The position numbers and the translations under genes were made by a program. Positions 8,797-18,147 of a stretch of 64,000 bases of DNA are shown in pieces. The first letter of the stretch is position 1; the number at the start of each line of letters is the position of its first letter. Location: positions 19,142-83,141 of the IMG/VR virus record IMGVR_UViG_3300048066_000291. The stretch is one strand, 5' to 3'. The stretch comes from a virus. The notes under the pieces are model-generated. The model was given only the letters and a program-made list of their open reading frames with translations. It made no database searches and was not told the DNA's origin.

Positions 8797-9165
8797 TCAA
8801 TGATTAAGTTGTATTGAATTTACTGTACCGTCTGACCAGCTACTTATAACAACTCTTACCCATACATAGTTCCCTGTAAAGTTCTTTATGTGCGAGCCAG
8901 TTGCTATTGCACTGTCGTTTGCAAATCCAATAGTTTCATGTTCTGTTGCGTCAAGTGTAAACCAATCAGCATCTACAGGATTAGTTGCAAGAGTTGCTTG
9001 CATTTTAATCTTACCCTGAAACCCAGTTATGTTGTACTGTACGGTATGAAATCCGTCACTACGACCATAATAGCCGTCACCTTTAAACTTCTCTCCAGTT
9101 ACAGATTCAATTGTACTGTCCCCTGGATGAGTTTGTGCTGTTAATATTGTTTCACTCTGTGCCAT
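8797..9165 (-). CDS. Hypothetical beta-rich protein, probably virion-associated
   Basis: 122 aa; late promoter 5 bp upstream of the ATG. Confidence 0.7.
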   Translation of the reverse strand: MAQSETILTAQTHPGDSTIESVTGEKFKGDGYYGRSDGFHTVQYNITGFQGKIKMQATLATNPVDADWFTLDATEHETIGFANDSAIATGSHIKNFTGNYVWVRVVISSWSDGTVNSIQLNH

Positions 9166-9169
9166 ATAA

Positions 9170-9880
9170 CTATTTATCTATATTGCTATTGTAAACTAAT
9201 TTGTCGATTCGACGTATAGAAGAACCAGCCAGCATATACACAAGTTGCATTACACGTTCATCTCTAATATACATATAATAGCCATTTAGATGTCCGTCAT
9301 TTACTAAATAGTCTAATGCTTTATCGCCTATACGTGCTTTGTCTTTATTAGCTTCTATCCAATCCACAAAGCCACTAGGAACTCTATTAGTATTGAACCA
9401 TACTTTTAATGGAAACTGTGGAGCAGTGTCAACAATTACAATATTTTCTTCTTTCTTTAGCAACTCAATTTCTTCTGAACGCGGCTCCCAAAATTCTTCA
9501 GCACTAACACGCATTTTGTTTATTATCTTTACTAATAAACTGCGATCGTTGGTGTAAAGAATAAGAGTCATGTAAGGAGAAACTCTTATTTTATAGTTAT
9601 TTGCAAGTTTTAAACATGAATATACATCTTTAGCATCTAGATAATCGTCAATATCTAATTGTATTTCTGTTCTAAATGCTTTACGAGTAAGAGGAATATT
9701 ATTTCTATATTTTTCTGTTAGAATATCCAGTTGTTCTCTAACATGTGATAGCTTACCATTCTTTTGTAATTCACTCCTAAACATAGTACAAAGAGGATTG
9801 TGGAGTACTAGTTTATACAAGTACTCCCCATAGTGCAGTTTGCGAGTGTCATGCAGTTTCAGTTGTTTTTGTGGATTCAT
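9170..9880 (-). CDS. Hypothetical phage protein
   Basis: 236-aa ORF overlapping the end of clpA. Confidence 0.75.
   Translation of the reverse strand: MNPQKQLKLHDTRKLHYGEYLYKLVLHNPLCTMFRSELQKNGKLSHVREQLDILTEKYRNNIPLTRKAFRTEIQLDIDDYLDAKDVYSCLKLANNYKIRVSPYMTLILYTNDRSLLVKIINKMRVSAEEFWEPRSEEIELLKKEENIVIVDTAPQFPLKVWFNTNRVPSGFVDWIEANKDKARIGDKALDYLVNDGHLNGYYMYIRDERVMQLVYMLAGSSIRRIDKLVYNSNIDK
9171..9178 (-). promoter_or_regulatory. T4-like late promoter GATAAATA (predicted leaderless transcript)
   Basis: GATAAATA-gttat-ATG, no SD. Confidence 0.7.
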
Positions 9881-12098
9881 TTAACACTTCTAACTTTAAA
9901 CTATTATCAACAAAGTTAATATTTATAGTGCCACCATTCTTCAAATCACCAAATAGTATTTGTCTAGACAATGGACGTTTAATTTCTTTGTCAATCACAC
10001 GCTGTAATGGACGAGCTCCGTTTTTAGGATCAAATCCTTTCTCTACCAAGTAATCAAGTGCTTCGTCAGTAACAGTAATATCGATATTTTTATCAATAAC
10101 CATATTTTTAAGTTCAAGCAAGAACTTACCAACGATTTTCATCATTACTTCTTTACCTAATTTAGCAAACGTAATCACACCGTCAAGTCTATTTCTAAAC
10201 TCTGGCGCAAAGAAACGTTTAAATTCAGTATCTTCGTATGTAAATTCTTCTTCTTCACCAAAGCCAATAGCATTTTTCTCTGCTTGTTTAGCACCTAAGT
10301 TAGTTGTAAGAATTAGTGTACAGTTACGTGCATCAGCTTCTTTACCGTTACTACCAGTAACCATGCCATTGTCCATTAACTGTAACAAAATTTGTGAAAC
10401 ATCAGGATGTGCCTTTTCAATTTCATCTAAAAGCAATACACAATTAGGATTTTCTTGCAATCGAGTAATTAACTGTCCTGCATTATCTTCATGACCAACA
10501 TATCCTGGAGGAGAACCAATCAACTTGGCAACACTATGCTTCTCCATGTATTCACTCATATCAAAACGTACAAGTTTAACACCTAGATTAGATGCAAGTG
10601 CTTTTGCAGTTTCAGTTTTACCTGTGCCTGTTGGGCCCATAAACACAAATGCACCTACTGGTTTATCATCTGGCTTTAGTCCTGCTTGACTAACAAGAAT
10701 TTTATCTACAATACTTTCAAGTGCTTCGTCCTGACCATATACAACTTTCTTTAGATTGTCTTCAAGGTGCATAAGATTTTCACTTTCTTTCTCGGCAACT
10801 TGTTCTGCAGGCATATTAATGATATTAGCAAGCTCATATTGTATATTTGCTTCAGCAACAATTTTTTCACCTTCGTGATTATCGTTCAATTTGAATCTAG
10901 AACAAGCAATATCAATTAAGTCAATTGCCTTATCTGGCAACTTCTTATCTGATTGATACTTTACACTTAGTTTAACGGCAGCATCAATTGCTTCCTCGCT
11001 AATAGTTGTACCATGATATTCTTCATAATACTTTTTAAGACCATTCAAGATATCTTTAGTTACTTCAGGTGTTGGCTCGTCAATAGTAACACGCTGGAAT
11101 CGACGCATTAATGCACGATCCTTTTCAAAGTACTTGCGATATTCTTCCCAAGTAGTGGATGCAACAACTTTCAAGTCACCTTTAGTAAGTGCAGGCTTTA
11201 ACATATTTGCTAAGTCATTTGAATTGCCTTGTCCGCCAGCACCGGCACCATTCATCATGTGTGCTTCGTCGATGAACATAATAGTTTTTCCTTGCTTTGT
11301 AAGAGCCTGTAGAACTAATTTAAAGCGTTCTTCAAAGTCTCCACGATATTTACTACCAGCAAGCATAGCACCAATGTCTAAGTTATATACTTTATATTCT
11401 TTTAAGAAGTTAGGTACATCATCTTGTTCAATTTTAAATGCAAGTCCTTCAGCAATAGCAGTTTTACCAACACCTGGATCACCTACCATAAGTACATTGT
11501 TCTTTGCTCGACGTCCTAATGCTAATGCTAGTTTTTCTAGTTCATCTGAACGTCCAATAATAGGATCAACTTTGCCACGCTTTACTTGATCGTTTAGATT
11601 AGTAGTAAATGCACGTAATGCTCTACGTGCTTCGCTTGAAATCTCTTCACTTTCAGTTTCTAGCTCAACTTCGTTGTCAATAAACGATGCAAACTTAGCT
11701 TTCTCTACTCCGCCTTTTTCTAAGAAATAAACAGCAATACTTTTCTTTTCAGATAGTACAGCAAGTAACACGTCAGCAAGTTCAATGTGACTACGTCCGG
11801 CAAATAAAACTTGTGTAAATGCTCTGTTCAATACACGTTCTACTGTAGAAGTCTTCTTTGGCTTAAACTTATCAGCGTCAGTCTTGATATCATCACAATT
11901 AGTTTTAAGATGATGTTCAAGGTTAGCTTTTACATAATCAACATCGGCACCGTACATATTCATTACATTTGTAAAGTTTTCTTCACAGAACATTGCATAT
12001 AACAGATGTTCTAATGTTACATATTCGTGCTTTAATTTTTGTGCGTCTTTAATACTCTTATCAAATACAAGTTTTAATTCGCTACTTGGCTCGACCAT
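9849..12098 (-). CDS. clpA: ATP-dependent Clp protease ATP-binding subunit ClpA
   Basis: Clp N-domain; two AAA+ modules (GDPGVGKT, GPTGTGKT); KYRGDFEER pore loop; RFDMSEY; IGF ClpP-docking loop; no ClpB middle domain. Confidence 0.95.
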   Translation of the reverse strand: MVEPSSELKLVFDKSIKDAQKLKHEYVTLEHLLYAMFCEENFTNVMNMYGADVDYVKANLEHHLKTNCDDIKTDADKFKPKKTSTVERVLNRAFTQVLFAGRSHIELADVLLAVLSEKKSIAVYFLEKGGVEKAKFASFIDNEVELETESEEISSEARRALRAFTTNLNDQVKRGKVDPIIGRSDELEKLALALGRRAKNNVLMVGDPGVGKTAIAEGLAFKIEQDDVPNFLKEYKVYNLDIGAMLAGSKYRGDFEERFKLVLQALTKQGKTIMFIDEAHMMNGAGAGGQGNSNDLANMLKPALTKGDLKVVASTTWEEYRKYFEKDRALMRRFQRVTIDEPTPEVTKDILNGLKKYYEEYHGTTISEEAIDAAVKLSVKYQSDKKLPDKAIDLIDIACSRFKLNDNHEGEKIVAEANIQYELANIINMPAEQVAEKESENLMHLEDNLKKVVYGQDEALESIVDKILVSQAGLKPDDKPVGAFVFMGPTGTGKTETAKALASNLGVKLVRFDMSEYMEKHSVAKLIGSPPGYVGHEDNAGQLITRLQENPNCVLLLDEIEKAHPDVSQILLQLMDNGMVTGSNGKEADARNCTLILTTNLGAKQAEKNAIGFGEEEEFTYEDTEFKRFFAPEFRNRLDGVITFAKLGKEVMMKIVGKFLLELKNMVIDKNIDITVTDEALDYLVEKGFDPKNGARPLQRVIDKEIKRPLSRQILFGDLKNGGTININFVDNSLKLEVLNESTKTTETA

Positions 12099-12099
12099 A

Positions 12100-12939
12100 C
12101 TATAAATCCTTTAATTCGTTTTTCAGTTGTGTTACTTTTTGTATAAGACCTTCGTCTTTTATTATTGGAATGTGTGCATTAACTGTAATGTAAACATTTC
12201 CTCTTTTGCCTGTTTGTAGGTTCGGTACTCCGTAACCTGGTATATTAAACGTTTGACCTGGTTGTGTGCCTTTTGGTATTTTTAATTCTAACTCTTTTTT
12301 ATCTAACGTTTTAACTATTATAGCACCTCCTGTTAAAAAGTCAAATACATTTGTGTCTATTTTGGCAATTAAATTGTCACCATCTCTAGCCCACTGACGA
12401 TGTTTGTTTATATGCATACGTACATTTAAGTCACCTCTTGGAAAACGTGGATCTCCATTATCGCCTAACCCTTGATATTTTATAGTATCTCCATGTCTTG
12501 CACCAGGTGGTACGTCTACAGTAACAGTTTCTAAATTTCTATTTGACAATGTGTACTGTATAATTAAATTTTTGCCTAATAATACTTCTTCTAGATCAAT
12601 CTTTGCCTGTAATGTTATGTCTCTATTTCTTGGTGTCGGTCCTCGTCCGTGTTGCCCTGCAGGATTACGTCCAAATATGTCTTCAAATGGCGTTCCTGCA
12701 AATGGATTACGACCTTGTTGAAAATGTTGTGAATTAAATGAAAAATCTGGACCAGGATTATCGTATTGTTGACGCTTTTGATTATCACGCAACGTTTGGT
12801 ATGCTTCGTTTACCTTTTTAAATTCTTCCTCATTGCCTCCGCGGTCAGGATGATGTAGCATACTTTTCTTTTTGTATGCTTTGCGTATATCTTGTTCGGA
12901 TGCATTTTTAGGAATTCCTAAAATAGAATAATAGTCCAT
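12100..12939 (-). CDS. dnaJ: DnaJ-family co-chaperone (class B, no zinc finger)
   Basis: J domain DYYSILG...HHPD, G/F-rich region and DnaJ C-terminal domain; start set at MDYY. Confidence 0.92.
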   Translation of the reverse strand: MDYYSILGIPKNASEQDIRKAYKKKSMLHHPDRGGNEEEFKKVNEAYQTLRDNQKRQQYDNPGPDFSFNSQHFQQGRNPFAGTPFEDIFGRNPAGQHGRGPTPRNRDITLQAKIDLEEVLLGKNLIIQYTLSNRNLETVTVDVPPGARHGDTIKYQGLGDNGDPRFPRGDLNVRMHINKHRQWARDGDNLIAKIDTNVFDFLTGGAIIVKTLDKKELELKIPKGTQPGQTFNIPGYGVPNLQTGKRGNVYITVNAHIPIIKDEGLIQKVTQLKNELKDL

Positions 12940-12965
12940 ACACATACTTATCGCATGGACTATTA
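12929..12965 (-). promoter_or_regulatory. Inverted repeat covering the dnaJ start codon, with late promoter variant GATAAGTA in the loop
   Basis: TAATAGTCCAT (12929-12939) and ATGGACTATTA (12955-12965) are perfect 11-bp arms. Confidence 0.7.
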
Positions 12966-12982
12966 CATACAGTTAGTACTGG

Positions 12983-13315
12983 TTATTTTTTAGATGAAAA
13001 TGCCTGTCCACCAAAGAACGCTGCTACAATTGCTGCAACGGATACAAAATATGTTGCTGCCATGTCACCTAGTATCTTTGATGCTTGTTCAAGTCCGATC
13101 ATAACTGCTAATACAACAGCAAACGGATATAGTAGCATACCAAATAGTGCAAACCAAGCCATATTACGCTGTGCATCACGCATAGCATCTGCGTCTTCTA
13201 ACTCTTTACGTTTGAACTCCATGTACATTGCATGTTCTTCATTAGATACTTTGCCATCGCCGTTTGTATCTGCTGGATGATGCCCTGATTTTTTAATCTC
13301 TTCTTCTGCCATCAC
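12983..13315 (-). CDS. EF-hand-containing 2-TM membrane protein, candidate holin
   Basis: DTNGDGKVSNEE is a canonical EF loop; two C-terminal TM helices; last gene of the lysis cassette. Confidence 0.55.
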   Translation of the reverse strand: MMAEEEIKKSGHHPADTNGDGKVSNEEHAMYMEFKRKELEDADAMRDAQRNMAWFALFGMLLYPFAVVLAVMIGLEQASKILGDMAATYFVSVAAIVAAFFGGQAFSSKK

Positions 13316-13590
13316 TTTTTCCCCTCTAGCTTTTTAATGCGAGCCTCTAGCTCATCAATCTTTTTTGTTACATATGGATACTTTTTACGCCACGCATCTA
13401 CTGGTTGTTCAAACCATGTAAGGCCCCAACGTTCTACTAGCCAGTCTAAAAACATATCGAATTTAGCATAGCACCAAAGACCTGCTCGTGTGTTTCTAAA
13501 GTACGCTAAAAAAGCCGCACCCAAAAGTGCTCCAATAATACTTGTGTAGATCCACAGTGTGTCACTTAACATACTATCTATAAGTTGCAT
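13312..13590 (-). CDS. Single-TM membrane protein (possible holin/antiholin)
   Basis: N-terminal TM helix and C-terminal coiled coil; lysis context. Confidence 0.5.
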   Translation of the reverse strand: MQLIDSMLSDTLWIYTSIIGALLGAAFLAYFRNTRAGLWCYAKFDMFLDWLVERWGLTWFEQPVDAWRKKYPYVTKKIDELEARIKKLEGKK

Positions 13591-13609
13591 GTGTATTCTC
13601 CTACAACTA

Positions 13610-13617
13610 TATTTATC
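13610..13617 (-). promoter_or_regulatory. T4-like late promoter GATAAATA
   Basis: Intergenic CGATAAATA upstream of SD AGGAG. Confidence 0.7.
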
Positions 13618-13622
13618 GTAAT

Positions 13623-14102
13623 TTAGTCGTTAAATGGGTTCAGTCTATCTACTAATGAAGTATTGCCCTGTGCCGCTTCTGCTGCATCTTTTGCTTCTTC
13701 TTGTTGTCTTGATATTTCTGCATTATCTAATGCAGTATTTGCAGCTTTGTAATAATTTTCATATGCTAGTATAATAGCTTGCTGTTGTTGTACTAATGCA
13801 CGTACATCACTAAAGTTTAAACCTAAATTTTCATAACCTTTTGCAGTAAGAGCAAAGATTGCTAATGGCTTACCACCGGATGTCCACTTAGCAAGTTCCT
13901 CTTCCATGTTATCTTCGGTAAGGATAATCCACTCAATTTTACGCATGTTGACAGTATCAACACTTGGAAGAATTAGCTCAGGCTTAGTAACAGGTTTGCT
14001 TGATACTTCAATCCTCTGTGGCGCTGTTGAGCATGCCGCGAGACTTATAAGTATCATAAAGCCAAGGACATTCGTTATTAAAACTTTTATCCGTCTTTGC
14101 AT
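13623..14102 (-). CDS. Outer-membrane spanin (Rz1-like lipoprotein)
   Basis: Lipobox LAA-C, Pro-rich segment; overlaps the 3' end of the i-spanin gene by 95 bp. Confidence 0.75.
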   Translation of the reverse strand: MQRRIKVLITNVLGFMILISLAACSTAPQRIEVSSKPVTKPELILPSVDTVNMRKIEWIILTEDNMEEELAKWTSGGKPLAIFALTAKGYENLGLNFSDVRALVQQQQAIILAYENYYKAANTALDNAEISRQQEEAKDAAEAAQGNTSLVDRLNPFND

Positions 14103-14484
14103 TTTTCTCTTTCTCCGTTAAAGGTGATCCTGATAGTAATTCAAAACATCTACCTGCATTTTTAGAACCACCATTGATTAATCTTTGCACTGACCTTGGT
14201 CTAGCAGCAGCAGTTAATTCTAAATCGTGTTCTTGCAACTTAGATGCAAGCTGATTATTTTGTTCTCTTGTAGCAGCAAATTCTGCATTAGTTTTTTTAA
14301 GTTCTTCATTGGCGGCAGCAAAATCCGCCGCCATTGTTTTTATAGTTTCTTCATTAGTTGCAACTGCTAAGTTTAATTTTGCATTATTTGCAGTTAATAC
14401 GGCGATAGTGTTTTGGGTATCAGTATAATACCAATAACCTATTCCGCTCATCATTATAATGATTCCTATCATAATTTTTGCCAT
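14008..14484 (-). CDS. Inner-membrane spanin (Rz-like)
   Basis: N-terminal TM anchor and long coiled coil; directly downstream of the endolysin. Confidence 0.75.
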   Translation of the reverse strand: MAKIMIGIIIMMSGIGYWYYTDTQNTIAVLTANNAKLNLAVATNEETIKTMAADFAAANEELKKTNAEFAATREQNNQLASKLQEHDLELTAAARPRSVQRLINGGSKNAGRCFELLSGSPLTEKEKNAKTDKSFNNECPWLYDTYKSRGMLNSATED

Positions 14485-14513
14485 ATATTTCTCCGAGCAA
14501 TTGCTCTGTTATT

Positions 14514-15368
14514 TTATCCCAATAATTTACCTAATGTAGCAGGACCTGCAACACCATCAGCATCCAAGCCGTTTTCAGCTTGCCATTCTTTAAGTTTTGC
14601 TTCTGTTCCTGCACCAAAAATACCATCAGCGCCAACGCCTAATGCTTCTTGCATCATTTTTACGCCGTCGCCTCTTGCACCTTTTCTTAGTACACCAATA
14701 TCGTCTAAATCAAAACTATCGTCTTCATCGTCACCGTGGTGTGTTTCTACATCTTCACCTAGTGCTTCTAAACACATTTCCCAATGATGAATACGATCCT
14801 CAAGGCCAATATAGCCGCCGTTGATACGCTTAGTAAGAGTTTTAATATCCCCACTATCTGCGTAACGATTTAATTTGTTTGAATTCCAATACCAAATAGC
14901 ACTCATTAGTGCTACTTCTTTATCTTCACTTACCATGTCTGGATTATTAACTGCGTCTACGTCCATATCATCGGAAAATTTTGCGTAGTTGTGCTTACCA
15001 GTTAGTTGGATAGGACCACGGCCGCGATAACGCCACCCATCACCAGATGCTGTATCACCATTATCCATGCGATTAGCATACACCACATTTGCAATTTTTT
15101 CTGGCTGTCTTGCATAATCTTCAGCATCACGTCCTGCTCTCTTAAAATATTTGCCAAAAACCGCATCAAGTGCCTTTGCACTATAATTTAGGTTCTCGCT
15201 AAATGTTCTCCAACCCCCAGATTCATGTCCGCATTGTGCTAAAAACGCTGCAACCCGGCGATTGGTATTAATTTCATACTTCGGAAATACTTCGTTCATT
15301 GCATCAACCCAACCATCGGGGTCGCTACACCTCGGAAATAAATCCGCAAATTGTCCTGCTGTTAACAT
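14514..15368 (-). CDS. Endolysin: glycoside hydrolase family 19 plus C-terminal peptidoglycan-binding domain
   Basis: AAFLAQCGHESGG, ENLNYS, YRGRGPIQLTG, TKRINGG; PGBD DGIFGAGT...DGVAGPAT. Confidence 0.93.
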   Translation of the reverse strand: MLTAGQFADLFPRCSDPDGWVDAMNEVFPKYEINTNRRVAAFLAQCGHESGGWRTFSENLNYSAKALDAVFGKYFKRAGRDAEDYARQPEKIANVVYANRMDNGDTASGDGWRYRGRGPIQLTGKHNYAKFSDDMDVDAVNNPDMVSEDKEVALMSAIWYWNSNKLNRYADSGDIKTLTKRINGGYIGLEDRIHHWEMCLEALGEDVETHHGDDEDDSFDLDDIGVLRKGARGDGVKMMQEALGVGADGIFGAGTEAKLKEWQAENGLDADGVAGPATLGKLLG

Positions 15369-15378
15369 TCTATATCCT

Positions 15379-16113
15379 TTACAACATTATTCGTTCGAGT
15401 ACTAATGTTTCACCATCGTTATCAAAAGTTAATTTAGTACCGTACTTGGTGATATTATAGTCACCTAAGTACTTAGTTAAAAATATAATTTCTGAGAAGT
15501 CATTTGGGTTGAAACTTTCTTCGATATTGTTGATCGTTTTTTCAGTTGGTCCAAAGTCTATAAATTGAAATGCTACAGGATCAGCATAAGTCTTCTTTAA
15601 TGTAATCATGTTACTCCACATGTTTACATTTTCTAACATACTTTTATTAAAAAAGTTTGTATAGTTATTTTTTGATTCAGTCATATCTGTTAATATATCT
15701 GAATCAACACCGTACAGTTCCGGATCATTTGGCACTGCTCTATTTAATTCTTCTACAGTTAACGGCATACTGCGGAATTGTTTATGGTAACGGAATCTAA
15801 AATCTTTTTCACCTGTAAGATTTACTACTCCGTTAGCAAGTTCCATAATGTTTTCACTAACTGTCGAGTCTCTTTCTAGTTCTACAAATACTTTGTATGT
15901 TCCGTCTGACTGTTCTCCAGCTGTAACATCGGCATCTAATACGTATTCATAACCTCTTTCAATAAATCCTGCTAAATCTTTTGCACTTTCTTTTGTTGTT
16001 GTGCTAAATGATAAGGTTACAATATCACGATCCTCGCCCATTTTACTTGCATACGAGTCTATTTCAATGATGTGATCAACTGTGTCAATTAAGTCTTCTT
16101 TTTGTAATCCCAT
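15379..16113 (-). CDS. Hypothetical phage protein
   Basis: 244-aa acidic ORF, coupled to the upstream gene. Confidence 0.8.
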   Translation of the reverse strand: MGLQKEDLIDTVDHIIEIDSYASKMGEDRDIVTLSFSTTTKESAKDLAGFIERGYEYVLDADVTAGEQSDGTYKVFVELERDSTVSENIMELANGVVNLTGEKDFRFRYHKQFRSMPLTVEELNRAVPNDPELYGVDSDILTDMTESKNNYTNFFNKSMLENVNMWSNMITLKKTYADPVAFQFIDFGPTEKTINNIEESFNPNDFSEIIFLTKYLGDYNITKYGTKLTFDNDGETLVLERIML

Positions 16114-16640
16114 TATGCTTGCTCCAGCTCTGTTTCTGCTGCTGAACCTGCATCTGCTGCTGCATCTACTGGAGATGCTTCTGGTGACGGCTCAGGAGTT
16201 TGTGTTGGATCAATGTATGCTGATTCAATGTATCCTGAATAAATGTCTGCTATTAGTTTTTTAGGCATTTTAATTTCAACTACCCAAATAGGACGTCTAT
16301 CCAATTTGCCCTTTTTAGTACCAGGACGAATGTCGTCTTGTTTTTCAATTTTACGTGGTTCTACAATATATGTTTTAGTATAGTTAACTTTGCAGTCATA
16401 GTCAAGTAAACGTTTGCCACCCATTGGGTCTGGCATTTTATCTTTGTCCCAGAAAAAACTACATGTTACCCAATGTCTATCTATATTAGGTCCTTCACAG
16501 ACTTCGCCATCTGCCCAATTTTTATAGACATAGATATCTAATTCGTCTAATACTCTTTCAAAGTCTTTAAGTACATTGAAGGCAGTATTTGAATCGTATA
16601 TAGATTCTATGTTTTTAATAATATCTAAGACATCTTTCAT
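16113..16640 (-). CDS. Conserved-looking hypothetical phage protein
   Basis: Start moved to MKDVLDII (ATG 16640), downstream of the late promoter. Confidence 0.75.
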   Translation of the reverse strand: MKDVLDIIKNIESIYDSNTAFNVLKDFERVLDELDIYVYKNWADGEVCEGPNIDRHWVTCSFFWDKDKMPDPMGGKRLLDYDCKVNYTKTYIVEPRKIEKQDDIRPGTKKGKLDRRPIWVVEIKMPKKLIADIYSGYIESAYIDPTQTPEPSPEASPVDAAADAGSAAETELEQA

Positions 16641-16666
16641 ATTAGTAATCCATTCTTTGCTATACT

Positions 16667-16674
16667 TATTTATC
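16667..16674 (-). promoter_or_regulatory. T4-like late promoter GATAAATA (lysis operon)
   Basis: CCGATAAATA, divergent from the phoH promoter. Confidence 0.7.
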
Positions 16675-16717
16675 GGAGTTAGATCGTTAAGTACATTTAT
16701 TTTTGGCTGCAAATTGC

Positions 16718-16725
16718 GATAAATA
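16718..16725 (+). promoter_or_regulatory. T4-like late promoter GATAAATA (phoH)
   Basis: GCGATAAATA on the + strand upstream of phoH. Confidence 0.7.
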
Positions 16726-16727
16726 TC

Positions 16728-16769
16728 TTTGTAAGGGAGAATTTGCCTTGCAGATTACGTCCTTACAAA
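16728..16769 (+). promoter_or_regulatory. Stem-loop in the phoH 5' leader
   Basis: TTTGTAAGG/CCTTACAAA outer stem plus AATTTGC/GCAGATT inner stem. Confidence 0.55.
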
Positions 16770-16794
16770 CTATCAACCCAAAGGAGGACACTTA

Positions 16795-17517
16795 ATGGGT
16801 GCTAAAAGAAAGACTGCTAACAAGCAAAATTTTAACAGCTACGACAATGTAGTGAATATTAAACCTTTCAACAAAAAACAAGAAGTAACAATACTTCCTA
16901 GAAACAAAAATCAAGAATCATATGTATTAAAACTGTTAGATGACACCAAAGATATTGTCTTTGGAATCGGTCCTGCAGGTACGGGCAAAACATTACTTGC
17001 AGTACAGGTCGCAGTTAAGCTCTTTAAAGAGGGTGCAGTTGATAAGATTATTGTTACTCGTCCAGCTGTAAGTGTGGACGAAGATTTAGGATTCTTACCA
17101 GGAACGTTAGAACAAAAAATGGCGCCTTGGACAAGACCTATATTTGATGTACTACGTGAGTACTTTGATGCAAAACAAATCGAAGGTATGATCGAAGAAG
17201 GTATAATTGAAATTGCGCCTTTAGCATATATGCGTGGACGAACATTTAAAAAATCGTTCATTTTAGCGGATGAAATGCAAAACGCTACACCTAATCAAAT
17301 GAAGATGCTTCTAACACGACTAGGTGAAGAAAGTCAAATGGCTGTAACTGGTGATTTGGCACAAGCAGACCGCATTAAGGATAACGGTTTAATAGACTTT
17401 ACAGACCGTTTAGTACAATCTAACTCAGCACATATCGACATAGTCAACTTTGGTCAAGGAGATATTGAAAGACACAATGCAGTAAAAGAAGTTCTTAAAG
17501 TTTATGGTGATGAATAA
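16795..17517 (+). CDS. phoH: PhoH-family ATPase
   Basis: GPAGTGKT, TRPAV, LGFLPG, PLAYMRGRT, DEMQN, TGD..Q.D; SD AAGGAGG. Confidence 0.96.
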   Translation: MGAKRKTANKQNFNSYDNVVNIKPFNKKQEVTILPRNKNQESYVLKLLDDTKDIVFGIGPAGTGKTLLAVQVAVKLFKEGAVDKIIVTRPAVSVDEDLGFLPGTLEQKMAPWTRPIFDVLREYFDAKQIEGMIEEGIIEIAPLAYMRGRTFKKSFILADEMQNATPNQMKMLLTRLGEESQMAVTGDLAQADRIKDNGLIDFTDRLVQSNSAHIDIVNFGQGDIERHNAVKEVLKVYGDE

Positions 17518-17935
17518 CTTCAACACCTGATTTATTAAGGAATTCTAAACCCTGTGTACTACGATATTCATTTTTGTAGTACACAGTGGTTATTCCGCTT
17601 TGATAGACTAATTTGGCACAGTCTATACAAGGTGCATGTGTAACAAACATTGTTGCACCCAGGCCACTTTCTCCGCTTTTTGCTAATTTAGCAATAGCAT
17701 TAGTTTCTGCATGTAAAACTTCTGCTTTAGATACAGTAGTAGATGTTCCTAGTTCATGATGTTGTATAGTATGTTCGCAACAATTATCCCATCCTGTAGG
17801 CATACCGTTATATCCAATGCTAATAATACGATCATCTTTTACAATTATTGAACCTACTTGTAATCGTTCGGCATGACTTAGTTGTGCAAATCGTTCTGCA
17901 ACATCCATATATGCATCTATAAATTTAGTTTTCAT
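17495..17935 (-). CDS. dCMP deaminase
   Basis: GYNG, HAE.NAI and PC..C zinc motifs. Confidence 0.93.
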   Translation of the reverse strand: MKTKFIDAYMDVAERFAQLSHAERLQVGSIIVKDDRIISIGYNGMPTGWDNCCEHTIQHHELGTSTTVSKAEVLHAETNAIAKLAKSGESGLGATMFVTHAPCIDCAKLVYQSGITTVYYKNEYRSTQGLEFLNKSGVEVIHHHKL

Positions 17936-18147
17936 TTTAATTGCTCTAGAAGAAATTCATTCTTTGTATAAATGTAAATCCAACTGGGTCCTTTGATAGG
18001 CGGCTTACCGTTATCGTCATAATATGTGTGTTGGACATAATATTTGCTTAACCAGATGCGTTTGTTTGAACCACTACGAACGGGTAACCAAGCATATTTT
18101 TCCTCTATAGAACGCTGCGGATCTTGTTGCCAGTTTATTCCTATCAT
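17932..18147 (-). CDS. Hypothetical protein
   Basis: 71 aa; ATGA overlaps on both sides. Confidence 0.7.
   Translation of the reverse strand: MIGINWQQDPQRSIEEKYAWLPVRSGSNKRIWLSKYYVQHTYYDDNGKPPIKGPSWIYIYTKNEFLLEQLK

Noticed and set aside
14495-14506. Palindrome GAGCAATTGCTC between endolysin and i-spanin
   Set aside because: It is only a 4-bp stem as RNA, has no U-tract and occurs once; too weak to call a terminator or operator.
16641-16712. ORF-track N-terminal extensions (also 8196-8252, 47918-48025, 51696-51773, 53487-53549, 61700-61729)
   Set aside because: They run through promoters or upstream genes; the downstream ATGs have better SD, promoter or coupling context.
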